From assembly GCA_964467925.1 (NCBI GenBank), contig CAYXSX010000001.1:6870-70869 (forward strand): a DNA stretch of 64,000 nt, read 5' to 3'. Below the pieces are notes generated by a model. That model saw nothing but the letters and a program-made list of their open reading frames with translations. It was not told where the DNA came from and did no database searches. The position numbers were made by a program, and so were the translations under genes. Origin of the DNA: an uncultured Pseudobdellovibrionaceae bacterium (GTDB lineage Bacteria > Pseudomonadota > Alphaproteobacteria > Micavibrionales > Micavibrionaceae). Shown piece by piece: positions 41,590 to 50,261 of this stretch. Each line of letters starts with the position of its first letter. Position 1 is the stretch's first letter.

Positions 41590-41975
41590 TGACAAACGAT
41601 AACCGCGACGATAAGCGACTGGACGCGCTTGAAGACAAACTCGAAGCCATACGTGCCAGGGAAAAAGCCGAAAACGACCGCGAGGCCGAACGCCAGAAGG
41701 ACGGCGAAAACATGGCCAACGGCATCCGCGCAGGCGCCGAACTGGTCACGCCGATCATCGCGGGCGGGCTGATCGGCTGGGGGCTGGATAACTGGCTGGC
41801 GACCAAACCCGCCTTTTTGATCATCATGTTGGTTCTGGGCGTTATCACCGGATTTTTCAACGTCTACCGCATCTCTATGAATATGGGCTCATCGGTTGGA
41901 TTTAGGGAGTTGCATCAGCGCGAAAAAAGCGCTACAAACTCGCCAGAAAAAACAGAATCAAGCGATGAGAGTTGA
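41589..41975 (+). CDS. atpI: ATP synthase protein I (AtpI/AtpZ family)
   Basis: Two TM helices after a charged N-terminus. Start overlaps the smc stop (TAATG). Precedes atpB. Confidence 0.8.
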   Translation: MTNDNRDDKRLDALEDKLEAIRAREKAENDREAERQKDGENMANGIRAGAELVTPIIAGGLIGWGLDNWLATKPAFLIIMLVLGVITGFFNVYRISMNMGSSVGFRELHQREKSATNSPEKTESSDES

Positions 41976-41985
41976 ATAAAGAGAC

Positions 41986-42732
41986 ATGGCTGACCCTATT
42001 CACCAGTTTGTGATCACCCCGATTATCCCTTTTCAGGCCGGTGGTATAGACCTTTCTTTCACCAATTCATCACTCTGGATGGCTATTGCCGTTATTTCCT
42101 CCGCTACTTTCTTAAGCGTCGCCATGCGCGACAAAGCCCTGATCCCCGACCGCCTGCAAATGAGCGCCGAAATGATCTATCAATTCGTCGCCAATATGGT
42201 GCGCGAAAATGTCGGCTCCAAGGGCCGTGAATATTTCCCGCTGGTCTTTACCCTCTTTATGGTGGTTTTGATGGGTAACATGCTGGGCATGATCCCCTAC
42301 TCCTTTACCTATACCAGCCATCTGATCGTCACGGCGTCGCTGGCTCTTGTAATTTTCCTGACCGTTCTGATTATCGGCATAGTGCGTCACGGCCTGCACT
42401 TTTTCGAGCTTTTCGTGCCCCCCGGCGCACCGCTCTGGCTGTTCCCGCTGATTATTCCGATTGAAATTCTGTCCTTCCTCGTGCGCCCCGTTACATTGTC
42501 TGTGCGTTTATTCGCCAATATGATGGCCGGCCACCTTGTTTTAAAAGTTTTCGCAGGTTTCAGCGTATCTATGATCGGCCTCGGCACAGCCGGGTTTTTC
42601 ATGGGCCTTGTGCCCGCCGCCTTTAATGTGGCACTGATCGCTTTCGAATTTCTGATCGCCTTCCTGCAAGCTTATGTTTTTGCCGTATTAAGCTGCATTT
42701 ATTTGAAAGACACCATTGAAATCGGTCACTAA
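41986..42732 (+). CDS. atpB: F0F1 ATP synthase subunit a
   Basis: Conserved Arg helix (LSVRLFANMMAGH) and polytopic profile. Confidence 0.95.
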   Translation: MADPIHQFVITPIIPFQAGGIDLSFTNSSLWMAIAVISSATFLSVAMRDKALIPDRLQMSAEMIYQFVANMVRENVGSKGREYFPLVFTLFMVVLMGNMLGMIPYSFTYTSHLIVTASLALVIFLTVLIIGIVRHGLHFFELFVPPGAPLWLFPLIIPIEILSFLVRPVTLSVRLFANMMAGHLVLKVFAGFSVSMIGLGTAGFFMGLVPAAFNVALIAFEFLIAFLQAYVFAVLSCIYLKDTIEIGH

Positions 42733-42805
42733 ATGTGTAGGATCGCGGCGATAAAGAATTAACCTTAAACCAAACGAGTAAACCAAAAGAAAAGGAACAT
42801 AAAAC

Positions 42806-43030
42806 ATGGAACTTGAAGCAGCAAAATTGATCGCAGCCGCCCTGGCACTTGTACCGATCGCCGGCGTTGGCGTTGGTCTTGGTATGATCTTCTCTTCCTA
42901 TAACGAAGCTGTTGGCCGCAACCCCAGCTCTACGGAAATTCTGGACAAGAAATTCTTCCTCAGCTTCGCGCTGACAGAAGCTCTTGCGATTTTCGCACTG
43001 GTTGTTTCCCTTATCATCCTGTTCGGCTAA
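42806..43030 (+). CDS. atpE: F0F1 ATP synthase subunit c
   Basis: 74-aa hairpin with the loop GRNP and the carboxylate helix (LTEALAIFALV). Confidence 0.95.
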   Translation: MELEAAKLIAAALALVPIAGVGVGLGMIFSSYNEAVGRNPSSTEILDKKFFLSFALTEALAIFALVVSLIILFG

Positions 43031-43063
43031 GACTTGGCCCTTACAAGGAAGAGCGGTTAACCC

Positions 43064-43690
43064 ATGCGTAAATTAAGCGCCATTATCACCATAGCCCTGT
43101 TAAGCAGCAGCGCGGGCCGCGTTTTCGCGGCTCCCCATGCTGCTGATGCTTCCGGTGCCGCTGCCCATCACGATGGCGGCGGTTCAGGTCTGCCACAGCT
43201 TGACCCGGCTAATTTCACATCCCAGATTTTCTGGATATTGGTGGCATTCGGCGTTTTATACGTATTTTTCTCACGCCGCACCCTGCCTGAAATCTCAAGC
43301 GTGCTGGAAAGCCGTCACGCCCATATTCAAAGCGACCTGACCTCTGCCGAGGAATTGCAACAGGAAGCCGAGGAAGTGCAGGAAGCCTACGAAAAAATCC
43401 TTGCCGATGCGCGTGCAAAAGCCGCACGCAGCTTTGCTCAGGCTGAAGAAAAAATCTCCGCCAAGATGGTCAAGGAATATCAGGGTTTTCAGGAACGCTC
43501 TACCAAAGCGATCGCGGAAAAAGAAGCCGCGATTGAAAAGGCCAAAAGCGAAGCGATCGAACAGATGAACGGTCTCGCCGCTGAAATCGCCCGCGAAGCC
43601 GCCGAGAAAATCATCGGCGTGGAAACCGACCTGAAACAAGCCAAAACGGTTGTAAAATCTCTTCACAGCGCCCGCGCAAAAGCCGCATAA
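43064..43690 (+). CDS. atpF2: F0F1 ATP synthase subunit b'
   Basis: Single TM helix then a long charged helix. First of the two b-type genes typical of alphaproteobacterial F0 operons. Confidence 0.85.
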   Translation: MRKLSAIITIALLSSSAGRVFAAPHAADASGAAAHHDGGGSGLPQLDPANFTSQIFWILVAFGVLYVFFSRRTLPEISSVLESRHAHIQSDLTSAEELQQEAEEVQEAYEKILADARAKAARSFAQAEEKISAKMVKEYQGFQERSTKAIAEKEAAIEKAKSEAIEQMNGLAAEIAREAAEKIIGVETDLKQAKTVVKSLHSARAKAA

Positions 43691-43702
43691 GGAATACATC
43701 CC

Positions 43703-44191
43703 ATGGAACTCTTTCATGATACTGGTATCTGGCTGTTAGCATCCTTCGCCGCATTTCTTTTCATTATGTGGAAATTCGCCTTTGGCAAGATTATCGCCAT
43801 GCTGGACAAGCGCATTCAAGACATTAAAAGTGAGCTTGAAACCGCTGAAAACCTTCGTATTGAGGCACAAGAGCTTCTGGCCCAGTATCAGCGCAAGCAC
43901 CGCGACGCTCTTAAAGATGCCGAAGACATCATAGCCAATGCGGCGGCGCAAGCCAAGCACATCCAGAAACAGGCCGAAACCGATTTGCATGAAACAATGA
44001 AGCGCCGTGAAAACCAGCTGGCGCAGCGCCTCACCCGTATGGAAGAAAGCGCAATTGCTGAAATCCAGAGCTATGCCGCCGACCTTGCCATGAACGCCGC
44101 GGCACAAATTATCGCCGATAAAATGGACAAAAAAACCTCCGACGATCTGGTTAAAAAATCCATCTCTTCCGTCTCCGGCAAACTGCATTAA
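43703..44191 (+). CDS. atpF: F0F1 ATP synthase subunit b
   Basis: N-terminal TM helix plus a charged coiled helix; 162 aa. Confidence 0.9.
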   Translation: MELFHDTGIWLLASFAAFLFIMWKFAFGKIIAMLDKRIQDIKSELETAENLRIEAQELLAQYQRKHRDALKDAEDIIANAAAQAKHIQKQAETDLHETMKRRENQLAQRLTRMEESAIAEIQSYAADLAMNAAAQIIADKMDKKTSDDLVKKSISSVSGKLH

Positions 44192-44203
44192 TTTTTCTTC
44201 CTA

Positions 44204-44287
44204 CGTCATTGCGAGGAGCGCCAGCGACGCGGCAATCTAGGATGACGCTTGTATCAGAAGATTGCTTCGCTTACGCTCGCAATGACG
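44204..44287. repeat. Palindromic MITE/REP-like element, type 2 (CGTCATTGCGAG ends)
   Basis: Perfect 12-bp terminal inverted repeats CGTCATTGCGAG/CTCGCAATGACG. Inner GCAATC/GATTGC. Homologous to 61378-61469. Confidence 0.8.
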
Positions 44288-44308
44288 AATGAAACAAAGT
44301 GTCCAAAA

Positions 44309-45580
44309 ATGAAACAAGCCTTTTCATCACCGCAAGAAATTATTCAGGAACTGGGCCGTAGCGCAAAGCAAGCCGCGCAAATCCTGTCCCGTACATCCGA
44401 AGATCAAATTAATGCCGTTCTGGCCGACATTGCCTCTGCCCTTAGCAAAAATGCTGCCGCCATACTGACGGCCAATGCCAAAGACATAGAAACGGCACAA
44501 AAAGCGGGTCAGAACGCAGCCATGATCGACCGTTTGAGGCTTGATGAAAAACGTATCGCCGCTATCGCCTCAGGCGTTGAAACCGTCAGAAACCTGCCCG
44601 ATCCTGTCGGACGTATTTTGTGGGAGCAATCCCGCCCCAACGGTCTGGAAATTCAGCGCATTGCCGTTCCCATCGGTGTACTGGGCATGATTTATGAATC
44701 CCGGCCCAATGTCACGGTCGATGCCGCCGCCCTGTGCCTCAAATCACGCAATGCGGTTATTTTACGCGGCGGTTCGGAAAGCCTGCACAGCTCGCTGGCG
44801 CTTCATAAAATTATTCAGGATGTGCTTACCGCCCATGCCCTGCCCGCTGCCTGCGTATCCATGGTCCCTACCGCCGACCGCGATGCCGTGGGCGCGATGT
44901 TGGCCGATCATAAACATATAGACGTCATGATCCCGCGCGGCGGCCGCGGCCTGATCGAACGTGTGATGAACGAGGCCCGCATGCCAGTTTTCGGTCATCT
45001 GGAGGGTCTGTGCCACATTTACGTCCACCCGAGTGTCAAACCCGAAATCGCCCGTACCGTTCCGCTCAACGCTAAAATGCGCCGTACCGGTATCTGTGGT
45101 GCTATGGAAACCCTACTCCTTGATGCCGCGCTTGATCCTGACCTTGCGAGAGAAATTCTGGGTGGCATTCTGGATGCGGGCTGTGAAATCGTGGGCGACA
45201 AGCTCGCGCAAAATCTCGACCCTCGTATCGGCGCGGCCACCTCGGAAGACTGGAGCACCGAATATCTCGACAGCAAGCTAAGCGTGGCCGTGGTCAATGG
45301 CGTTGAGGAAGCCGCCGCCCACATTAATTCCTACGGCTCGCATCATACCGACAGCATTCTGGCCGAGGATAAAGACGCCGTTTCCTGGTTCCTGTCGGTG
45401 GTCGATAGTGGCATCGTCATGCACAATGCCTCCACGCAATTCGCCGATGGCGGGGAATTTGGAATGGGCGCTGAAATCGGTATCGCGACCGGAAAAATGC
45501 ACGCCCGCGGCCCCGTCGGGCTGGAACAATTATGCACCTATAAATATCTGGTGCATGGTTCCGGCCAAACCCGCCCATAA
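44309..45580 (+). CDS. proA: Glutamate-5-semialdehyde dehydrogenase
   Basis: Aldehyde-dehydrogenase fold with catalytic Cys region (TGICGAMETLL) and HTDSI. Start set at ATG 44309, outside the repeat. Confidence 0.95.
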   Translation: MKQAFSSPQEIIQELGRSAKQAAQILSRTSEDQINAVLADIASALSKNAAAILTANAKDIETAQKAGQNAAMIDRLRLDEKRIAAIASGVETVRNLPDPVGRILWEQSRPNGLEIQRIAVPIGVLGMIYESRPNVTVDAAALCLKSRNAVILRGGSESLHSSLALHKIIQDVLTAHALPAACVSMVPTADRDAVGAMLADHKHIDVMIPRGGRGLIERVMNEARMPVFGHLEGLCHIYVHPSVKPEIARTVPLNAKMRRTGICGAMETLLLDAALDPDLAREILGGILDAGCEIVGDKLAQNLDPRIGAATSEDWSTEYLDSKLSVAVVNGVEEAAAHINSYGSHHTDSILAEDKDAVSWFLSVVDSGIVMHNASTQFADGGEFGMGAEIGIATGKMHARGPVGLEQLCTYKYLVHGSGQTRP

Positions 45581-45587
45581 CAAACAT

Positions 45588-45703
45588 GTCATCCTGAGTG
45601 GAGCGACCCCGGACTTTGATCCGGGGGAGCGCAATCGAAGGATCTCATAAAACCGTAAGGAGATCCTTCGACTTCGGCACTCCGTGCCTGCGCTCAGGAT
45701 AAC
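45588..45703. repeat. Palindromic element, type 1 long variant (GTCATCCTGAG ... CTCAGGATAAC)
   Basis: Imperfect terminal inverted repeats. Arm hairpins CCCCGGACTTTGATCCGGGG and GGCACTCCGTGCC. Central inverted repeat CGAAGGATCTC/GAGATCCTTCG. Confidence 0.75.
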
Positions 45704-45747
45704 ATTGTTAGGTTGCTTATGCCTAAGCGGGATGCAAATATGATCCG

Positions 45748-46398
45748 ATGAGCATATTTACAAAACCCCATCTTCTGAATTCGCCGCGCTGGAAGGGAAA
45801 GCGCGTGGGATTGCTGGGCGGTTCATTCAACCCGCCGCATGAGGGGCATTTGCATATTTCATTGGCTGCACTAAAGGGTCTGAAACTTGATTGCGTCTGG
45901 TGGCTGGTCAGTCCGCAAAATCCGATCAAGGCGGACAAGCCCTTGCCGCTGGAAACACGCATGGAGTTGTGCGAAAAACTGGTCGATCATCCACAAATCC
46001 TGATCAGCGATATAGAAAAGGATCTGGGCACCACCATTACCTATTACAGCGTCAAAGAACTCAAGAAACGTTTTCCGGCTACCGAATTCGTCTGGATCAG
46101 CGGCATGGACAACGCGCTTTCCTTACATAAATGGAATTACTGGCGCGAGCTTCTAGGCGAAATTTGCATGGTCCACCTTACCCGCACGCCGGCGAAAACA
46201 CTGGTGACCAAAAGCCCGCTGAGAATGTACGCGCGCCAGAAACATGTTTTCATAGATCATGCGCAGCGCCTACCGCTCGATTCGGGCACGACTTACTGGA
46301 TGATGCAGAAAAAAATGGTGAATATCTCGTCCACGGAAATACGTGAAAAAATGGCGGAAAACAACGTTTCACGTGAAACATTGGGAATTTATTCATAA
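45748..46398 (+). CDS. nadD: Nicotinate-nucleotide adenylyltransferase
   Basis: GGSFNPPHEGH nucleotidyltransferase motif and ISSTEIR near the C-terminus. Confidence 0.9.
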   Translation: MSIFTKPHLLNSPRWKGKRVGLLGGSFNPPHEGHLHISLAALKGLKLDCVWWLVSPQNPIKADKPLPLETRMELCEKLVDHPQILISDIEKDLGTTITYYSVKELKKRFPATEFVWISGMDNALSLHKWNYWRELLGEICMVHLTRTPAKTLVTKSPLRMYARQKHVFIDHAQRLPLDSGTTYWMMQKKMVNISSTEIREKMAENNVSRETLGIYS

Positions 46399-46611
46399 AT
46401 AACAATATTTTGGCCTTTGCGCCTTTTACAAAACGTTATATAATGGAAGTATGAGATTAATGATTAGTCTTCATAAAGGCGAAAGGGAATAGATGGAAAG
46501 AAAAGCCATCTTACTTTTGCAAAATACTGCCAGAGAAACTGGAATTTACAGGTCTGAGCCTTGAAAAGGGTTCGGGCTTTTTTATTTTAACAAAGAGAAA
46601 GGAGAACCAAC

Positions 46612-46998
46612 ATTCTGACATACAACCCCAAAGGCGAGCTTACTCCCCTTGAAATCAAAACTCTTATCGAGCAGTCATTGGACGCAGATAAGGCCGCAGA
46701 CATCCTCACCATAGATTTAAACGATCAGACCGCGCTGGCAGATTACATGATCATCGCTTCAGGCACGTCGTCACGCCATGTCGCGGCGCTGGCCAGCAAG
46801 CTTAAGGACCGCCTGAATGCGCGTGGCGTTAAAGAAATACGCATGGAAGGCATGACCCAGGCAGACTGGGTGGCGATGGATGCGGGCGATGTGATCATTC
46901 ACCTGTTCCGCCCGGAAGTGCGCGAGTTTTATAACATCGAGAAAATGTGGTGCGCGTACCAGCCCTCCTCCTTCCTTGACGGACAGGTTCGGGCCTGA
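46612..46998 (+). CDS. rsfS: Ribosomal silencing factor RsfS (start uncertain, probably non-ATG)
   Basis: DYMIIASGTSSRHV and DWVAMDAGDVIIHLF motifs. Homology-like sequence (TPLEIKTLIEQS) extends upstream of the TTG at 46678. AAGGAG at 46599-46604 precedes in-frame ATT 46612 / CTG 46615. Confidence 0.8.
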   Translation: MLTYNPKGELTPLEIKTLIEQSLDADKAADILTIDLNDQTALADYMIIASGTSSRHVAALASKLKDRLNARGVKEIRMEGMTQADWVAMDAGDVIIHLFRPEVREFYNIEKMWCAYQPSSFLDGQVRA

Positions 46999-47010
46999 TT
47001 TTCTTTAGCT

Positions 47011-47089
47011 GTCATCCTGAAGCGCTTGCGCTGAAGGATCTCAAGCGATTGAAACTAGATCCTTCAGGGCTAAAGCCCTTCAGGATGAC
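47011..47089. repeat. Palindromic MITE/REP-like element, type 1
   Basis: Perfect 12-bp ends GTCATCCTGAAG/CTTCAGGATGAC. Inner TGAAGGATCT/AGATCCTTCA. Inverted orientation relative to the pepN copy. Confidence 0.85.
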
Positions 47090-47142
47090 AACAATCAAAA
47101 AAACCCGTTCCCCAAAGCGGCAAACCCTGCTCTAATACCCCT

Positions 47143-47583
47143 ATGTTAAAAGTCGATATTATCGCCGTCGGGCGTTTGCGCCGCGGCCCATATTTTGAAT
47201 TATCCGAAGAATACCGGAAGCGTATCCGCTGGAACCTTGCCGTCCATGAACTGGAGGCGGAAACGCAGGAAGCGGAAATTGCAAAGATCGCCGCGCGCCT
47301 TGATAACAATGCCTTTATCATCGCCATGGACGAACGCGGAAACGGCCTGAAAAGTCTGGATTTCGCCGACACTCTAAGCAAGTTGCAGGATGGCGGCACG
47401 GACCATATCCAGTTCATAATCGGCGGACATGAAGGTCTGACAGACGAAATCCGCAACCGCGCCAGCCTTCTTTTAAGCTTCGGCCAGCAAACATGGCCGC
47501 ATATGATGGCGCGTATCATGCTTCTGGAACAGGTTTACCGCGCCCAGCAAATTATCGCCGGACATCCGTATCACAGGGAATAA
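47143..47583 (+). CDS. rlmH: 23S rRNA (pseudouridine1915-N3)-methyltransferase RlmH
   Basis: SPOUT fold with the FIIGGHEGL motif. Conserved position after rsfS. Confidence 0.9.
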   Translation: MLKVDIIAVGRLRRGPYFELSEEYRKRIRWNLAVHELEAETQEAEIAKIAARLDNNAFIIAMDERGNGLKSLDFADTLSKLQDGGTDHIQFIIGGHEGLTDEIRNRASLLLSFGQQTWPHMMARIMLLEQVYRAQQIIAGHPYHRE

Positions 47584-48782
47584 TGAAATACGTTTTACCA
47601 TATTTTTTACTTTTATTCCTTCTGGTCGTTAACCCGCTTGCAGGATACGCCTCCACGCCGCCCATTCCCAAAAATAAAAACGAAGCCATCGGCACGTTAA
47701 ATGAAAAGCTGGAAGCCGAGAAAAAGCGCAAAGAGGCGCTGGCGGAAAAAATGAAAGCGCTTCAGGGCGATCTGGACAGCACGCGCGAAGAACTTGTGCG
47801 CGTCGGAAAATCCATGCGCCGTAACGAAGATACGCTGCAAACTCTGGAAAGCCGGATCACCGAACTGGAGGCAAAACGCAAAGAGGTTCAGGAAACCCTG
47901 CAATCGGACCGTGCTTCTATCTCCCGGCTTATACTCGCGCTGCAACGCCTGCGCCGCCTGCCGCCCGAGGCGATTATAGCGCGGCCCGGCGCGCCGCTTG
48001 AAACCGCGCAAAGCGCAATGTTACTGCAAGAAGTCATTCCGGCGCTCAATAATCACGCCAAAGATTTGCAGAAAAACCTTGCCGAACTGGCATCCATTTC
48101 CGACGAATTGCAAAACAAGCGCGAAAAAGTTCTGGCCACCACCGAAGAATTACAGGACGAACAGCAAATGCTTTCCGGCCTTCTGGAAAAACGCGAAAAA
48201 CTTTATACCTCCACCCACAGCGATTACAAACAACGGGAAAAAGCGGTAAAGGAAATTTCCGCCCAGGCCAAAAACCTTCAGGACCTTGTTGCCAAGCTGG
48301 AGGAAGACCGCAAACGCGCCGAAGCACGCGAAGCGGCAAACCGAGCCCTGCAGGCACAAGGAACCAACGCGCCGCCGCCCGTAACCGATTTCCCAAAAAC
48401 GGGAGAAGGCCAGCTTCCGGTATCGGGGATTATCACTATCGCATACAACCAGCCGGACGATTTCGGCGCACCCAGTCAGGGCATTACCATTACGGGCCGC
48501 CCGGGCGCAGTGGTCGTGGCACCAATGGGCGGGATTGTGCGTTTTGCCGGACCGTTTAAGGGCCACGGGAAAATGGTCATTCTGGAGCACAAAAAAGGTT
48601 ACCATAGCCTTATTGCAGGATTGGAAAAAATTGATACAGTGGTCGGGCAAAGCCTTAAAGCGGGAGAGCCTCTCGGCCTTATGAAAGAAGCACAAGACAA
48701 GCTTCGCCCGAGGCTTTATTATGAATTGCGGCACAACGGAAAACCGGTTAATCCGTCGCAAAAATTTGCTGAGTTGGGATAG
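47583..48782 (+). CDS. Coiled-coil M23 family murein endopeptidase/activator (EnvC-like)
   Basis: Signal peptide, long coiled coil and a C-terminal LytM domain (HGKMVILEHKKGYHSLIAGL). ATG overlaps the rlmH stop. Confidence 0.85.
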   Translation: MKYVLPYFLLLFLLVVNPLAGYASTPPIPKNKNEAIGTLNEKLEAEKKRKEALAEKMKALQGDLDSTREELVRVGKSMRRNEDTLQTLESRITELEAKRKEVQETLQSDRASISRLILALQRLRRLPPEAIIARPGAPLETAQSAMLLQEVIPALNNHAKDLQKNLAELASISDELQNKREKVLATTEELQDEQQMLSGLLEKREKLYTSTHSDYKQREKAVKEISAQAKNLQDLVAKLEEDRKRAEAREAANRALQAQGTNAPPPVTDFPKTGEGQLPVSGIITIAYNQPDDFGAPSQGITITGRPGAVVVAPMGGIVRFAGPFKGHGKMVILEHKKGYHSLIAGLEKIDTVVGQSLKAGEPLGLMKEAQDKLRPRLYYELRHNGKPVNPSQKFAELG

Positions 48783-48876
48783 GTTGTTATAACCGCCGCC
48801 TTATATAATTCGGGTTAGCCCGTGTTTAGGCTGTGAAAAAACGAAAAGACAAAATAAAAGTCAGGACTTTAGTTAC

Positions 48877-50247
48877 ATGCGCAAATTCTTCATCACCACT
48901 GTTATGACCATCGCTCTTGTTTCCGGCACTTTGCATGCGCCGGTTCAGGCACAGGAGCCCCGCACGGCCGGAACCCAGCCGGAAGCGGAGGATGAAGAAG
49001 CCCGCAGCTACAGCGACACATACCGCCAGCTCAATTTATTCGGCGATGTTTTCGAGCGGGTTCGCGCGCAATATGTAGACGAGCTGGAAGACAAGGAGCT
49101 GGTTGAAAAGGCGATCAACGGGCTTTTGTCCGGCCTCGATCCGCACTCCTCATACCTCGACGAAGAGCATTTCGCCGATATGCAGATTCAAACCAAGGGC
49201 GAATTCGGCGGCCTTGGTATCGAAATCACCATGGAAAACGGGCTGGTCAAGGTCGTTTCTCCCATTGACGACACGCCCGCCTTCCGTGCCGGGATCGAGG
49301 CGGGCGACCTGATCGTTGAAATCGACGGCGAGCCTGTCATGGGCCTGACCTTAAGCGAGTCGGTAGAAAAGATGCGCGGCAAGGTCGGTACGGATATCGA
49401 TATCGTCGTGCGCCGCGAAAGCGAGCCGGAGCCTCTGGAATTTACCATTACGCGCGACATCATCCATATCCGCGCGGTGCGTCACCGTGTGGAAGGCAAC
49501 GCCGGATATATCCGTATCACCACCTTTAACCAGAACACCGAAGAAGGCGTGGAAAAAGCCATCGAGGAAATCAGGGAAGAGCTTGGCGATAAGCTAGTCG
49601 GCTATGTGATCGATCTGCGTAACAACCCCGGCGGATTGTTGGATCAGGCGATTGCGGTATCCGATGCGTTCCTTGATCAGGGGGAAATCGTTTCAACGCG
49701 CGGGCGTCATAAACGCGACACCAAACGCGATAACGCCCATAGCGGCGATCTGGCAGAAGGCTTGCCTCTGGTCGTGCTGATTAACGGCGGATCGGCTTCG
49801 GCATCCGAAATTGTTGCTGGAGCTCTCCAAGACCATAAACGCGCGATTGTTTTAGGCACGAAATCTTTCGGCAAGGGATCGGTACAGACCGTTATTCCGC
49901 TGCCCGGACATGGCGCGATGCGCCTGACGACCGCGCGGTATTATACTCCGTCCGGGCGTTCCATTCAGGCGACTGGCATCGAACCCGATATCATCGTTGA
50001 ACCCGCCAAGGTGGAGACGATCAAGTTCAAGCGCCTGAGCGAAAACGATTTGCGCGGCGCACTGGACCGTAAGGAAGAAGACGAGAAGCCGAAAAAAGAT
50101 GAAGGCAAGAAAAAGCCCAAGAAAGGCGAGGTGGAAGTTTCCGTTACTGAAGAAGAGCCCGTGGATTATCAATTATCCCGCGCGCTAGATCTTCTGAACG
50201 GATTGTCACTTTATAAAGGCAATATTGTCGAACATTCCGAACCCTAA
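48877..50247 (+). CDS. ctpA: Carboxy-terminal processing protease (S41)
   Basis: PDZ domain (GGLGIEI, PAFRAGIEAGDLIVEIDG) and catalytic GSASASEI ... KSFGKGSVQ. Confidence 0.9.
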   Translation: MRKFFITTVMTIALVSGTLHAPVQAQEPRTAGTQPEAEDEEARSYSDTYRQLNLFGDVFERVRAQYVDELEDKELVEKAINGLLSGLDPHSSYLDEEHFADMQIQTKGEFGGLGIEITMENGLVKVVSPIDDTPAFRAGIEAGDLIVEIDGEPVMGLTLSESVEKMRGKVGTDIDIVVRRESEPEPLEFTITRDIIHIRAVRHRVEGNAGYIRITTFNQNTEEGVEKAIEEIREELGDKLVGYVIDLRNNPGGLLDQAIAVSDAFLDQGEIVSTRGRHKRDTKRDNAHSGDLAEGLPLVVLINGGSASASEIVAGALQDHKRAIVLGTKSFGKGSVQTVIPLPGHGAMRLTTARYYTPSGRSIQATGIEPDIIVEPAKVETIKFKRLSENDLRGALDRKEEDEKPKKDEGKKKPKKGEVEVSVTEEEPVDYQLSRALDLLNGLSLYKGNIVEHSEP

Positions 50248-50261
50248 ATGATCGCAGCTTC

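Noticed and set aside
44249-44308. Upstream ATG start of proA given by the ORF track
   Set aside because: The extra 20 codons are a translation of the type-2 palindromic element. Conserved ProA sequence starts at ATG 44309.
45297-45650. 117-aa ORF ending VILSGATPDFDPGERNRRIS
   Set aside because: It is out of frame inside proA, and its tail is a read-through of the palindromic element at 45588-45703.
46555-46588. Rho-independent terminator before rsfS, considered as a stand-alone feature
   Set aside because: The stem is only 4-5 bp (AGCC/GGCT) with a 14-nt loop, which is too weak to annotate. It is kept only as part of the spacer finding.
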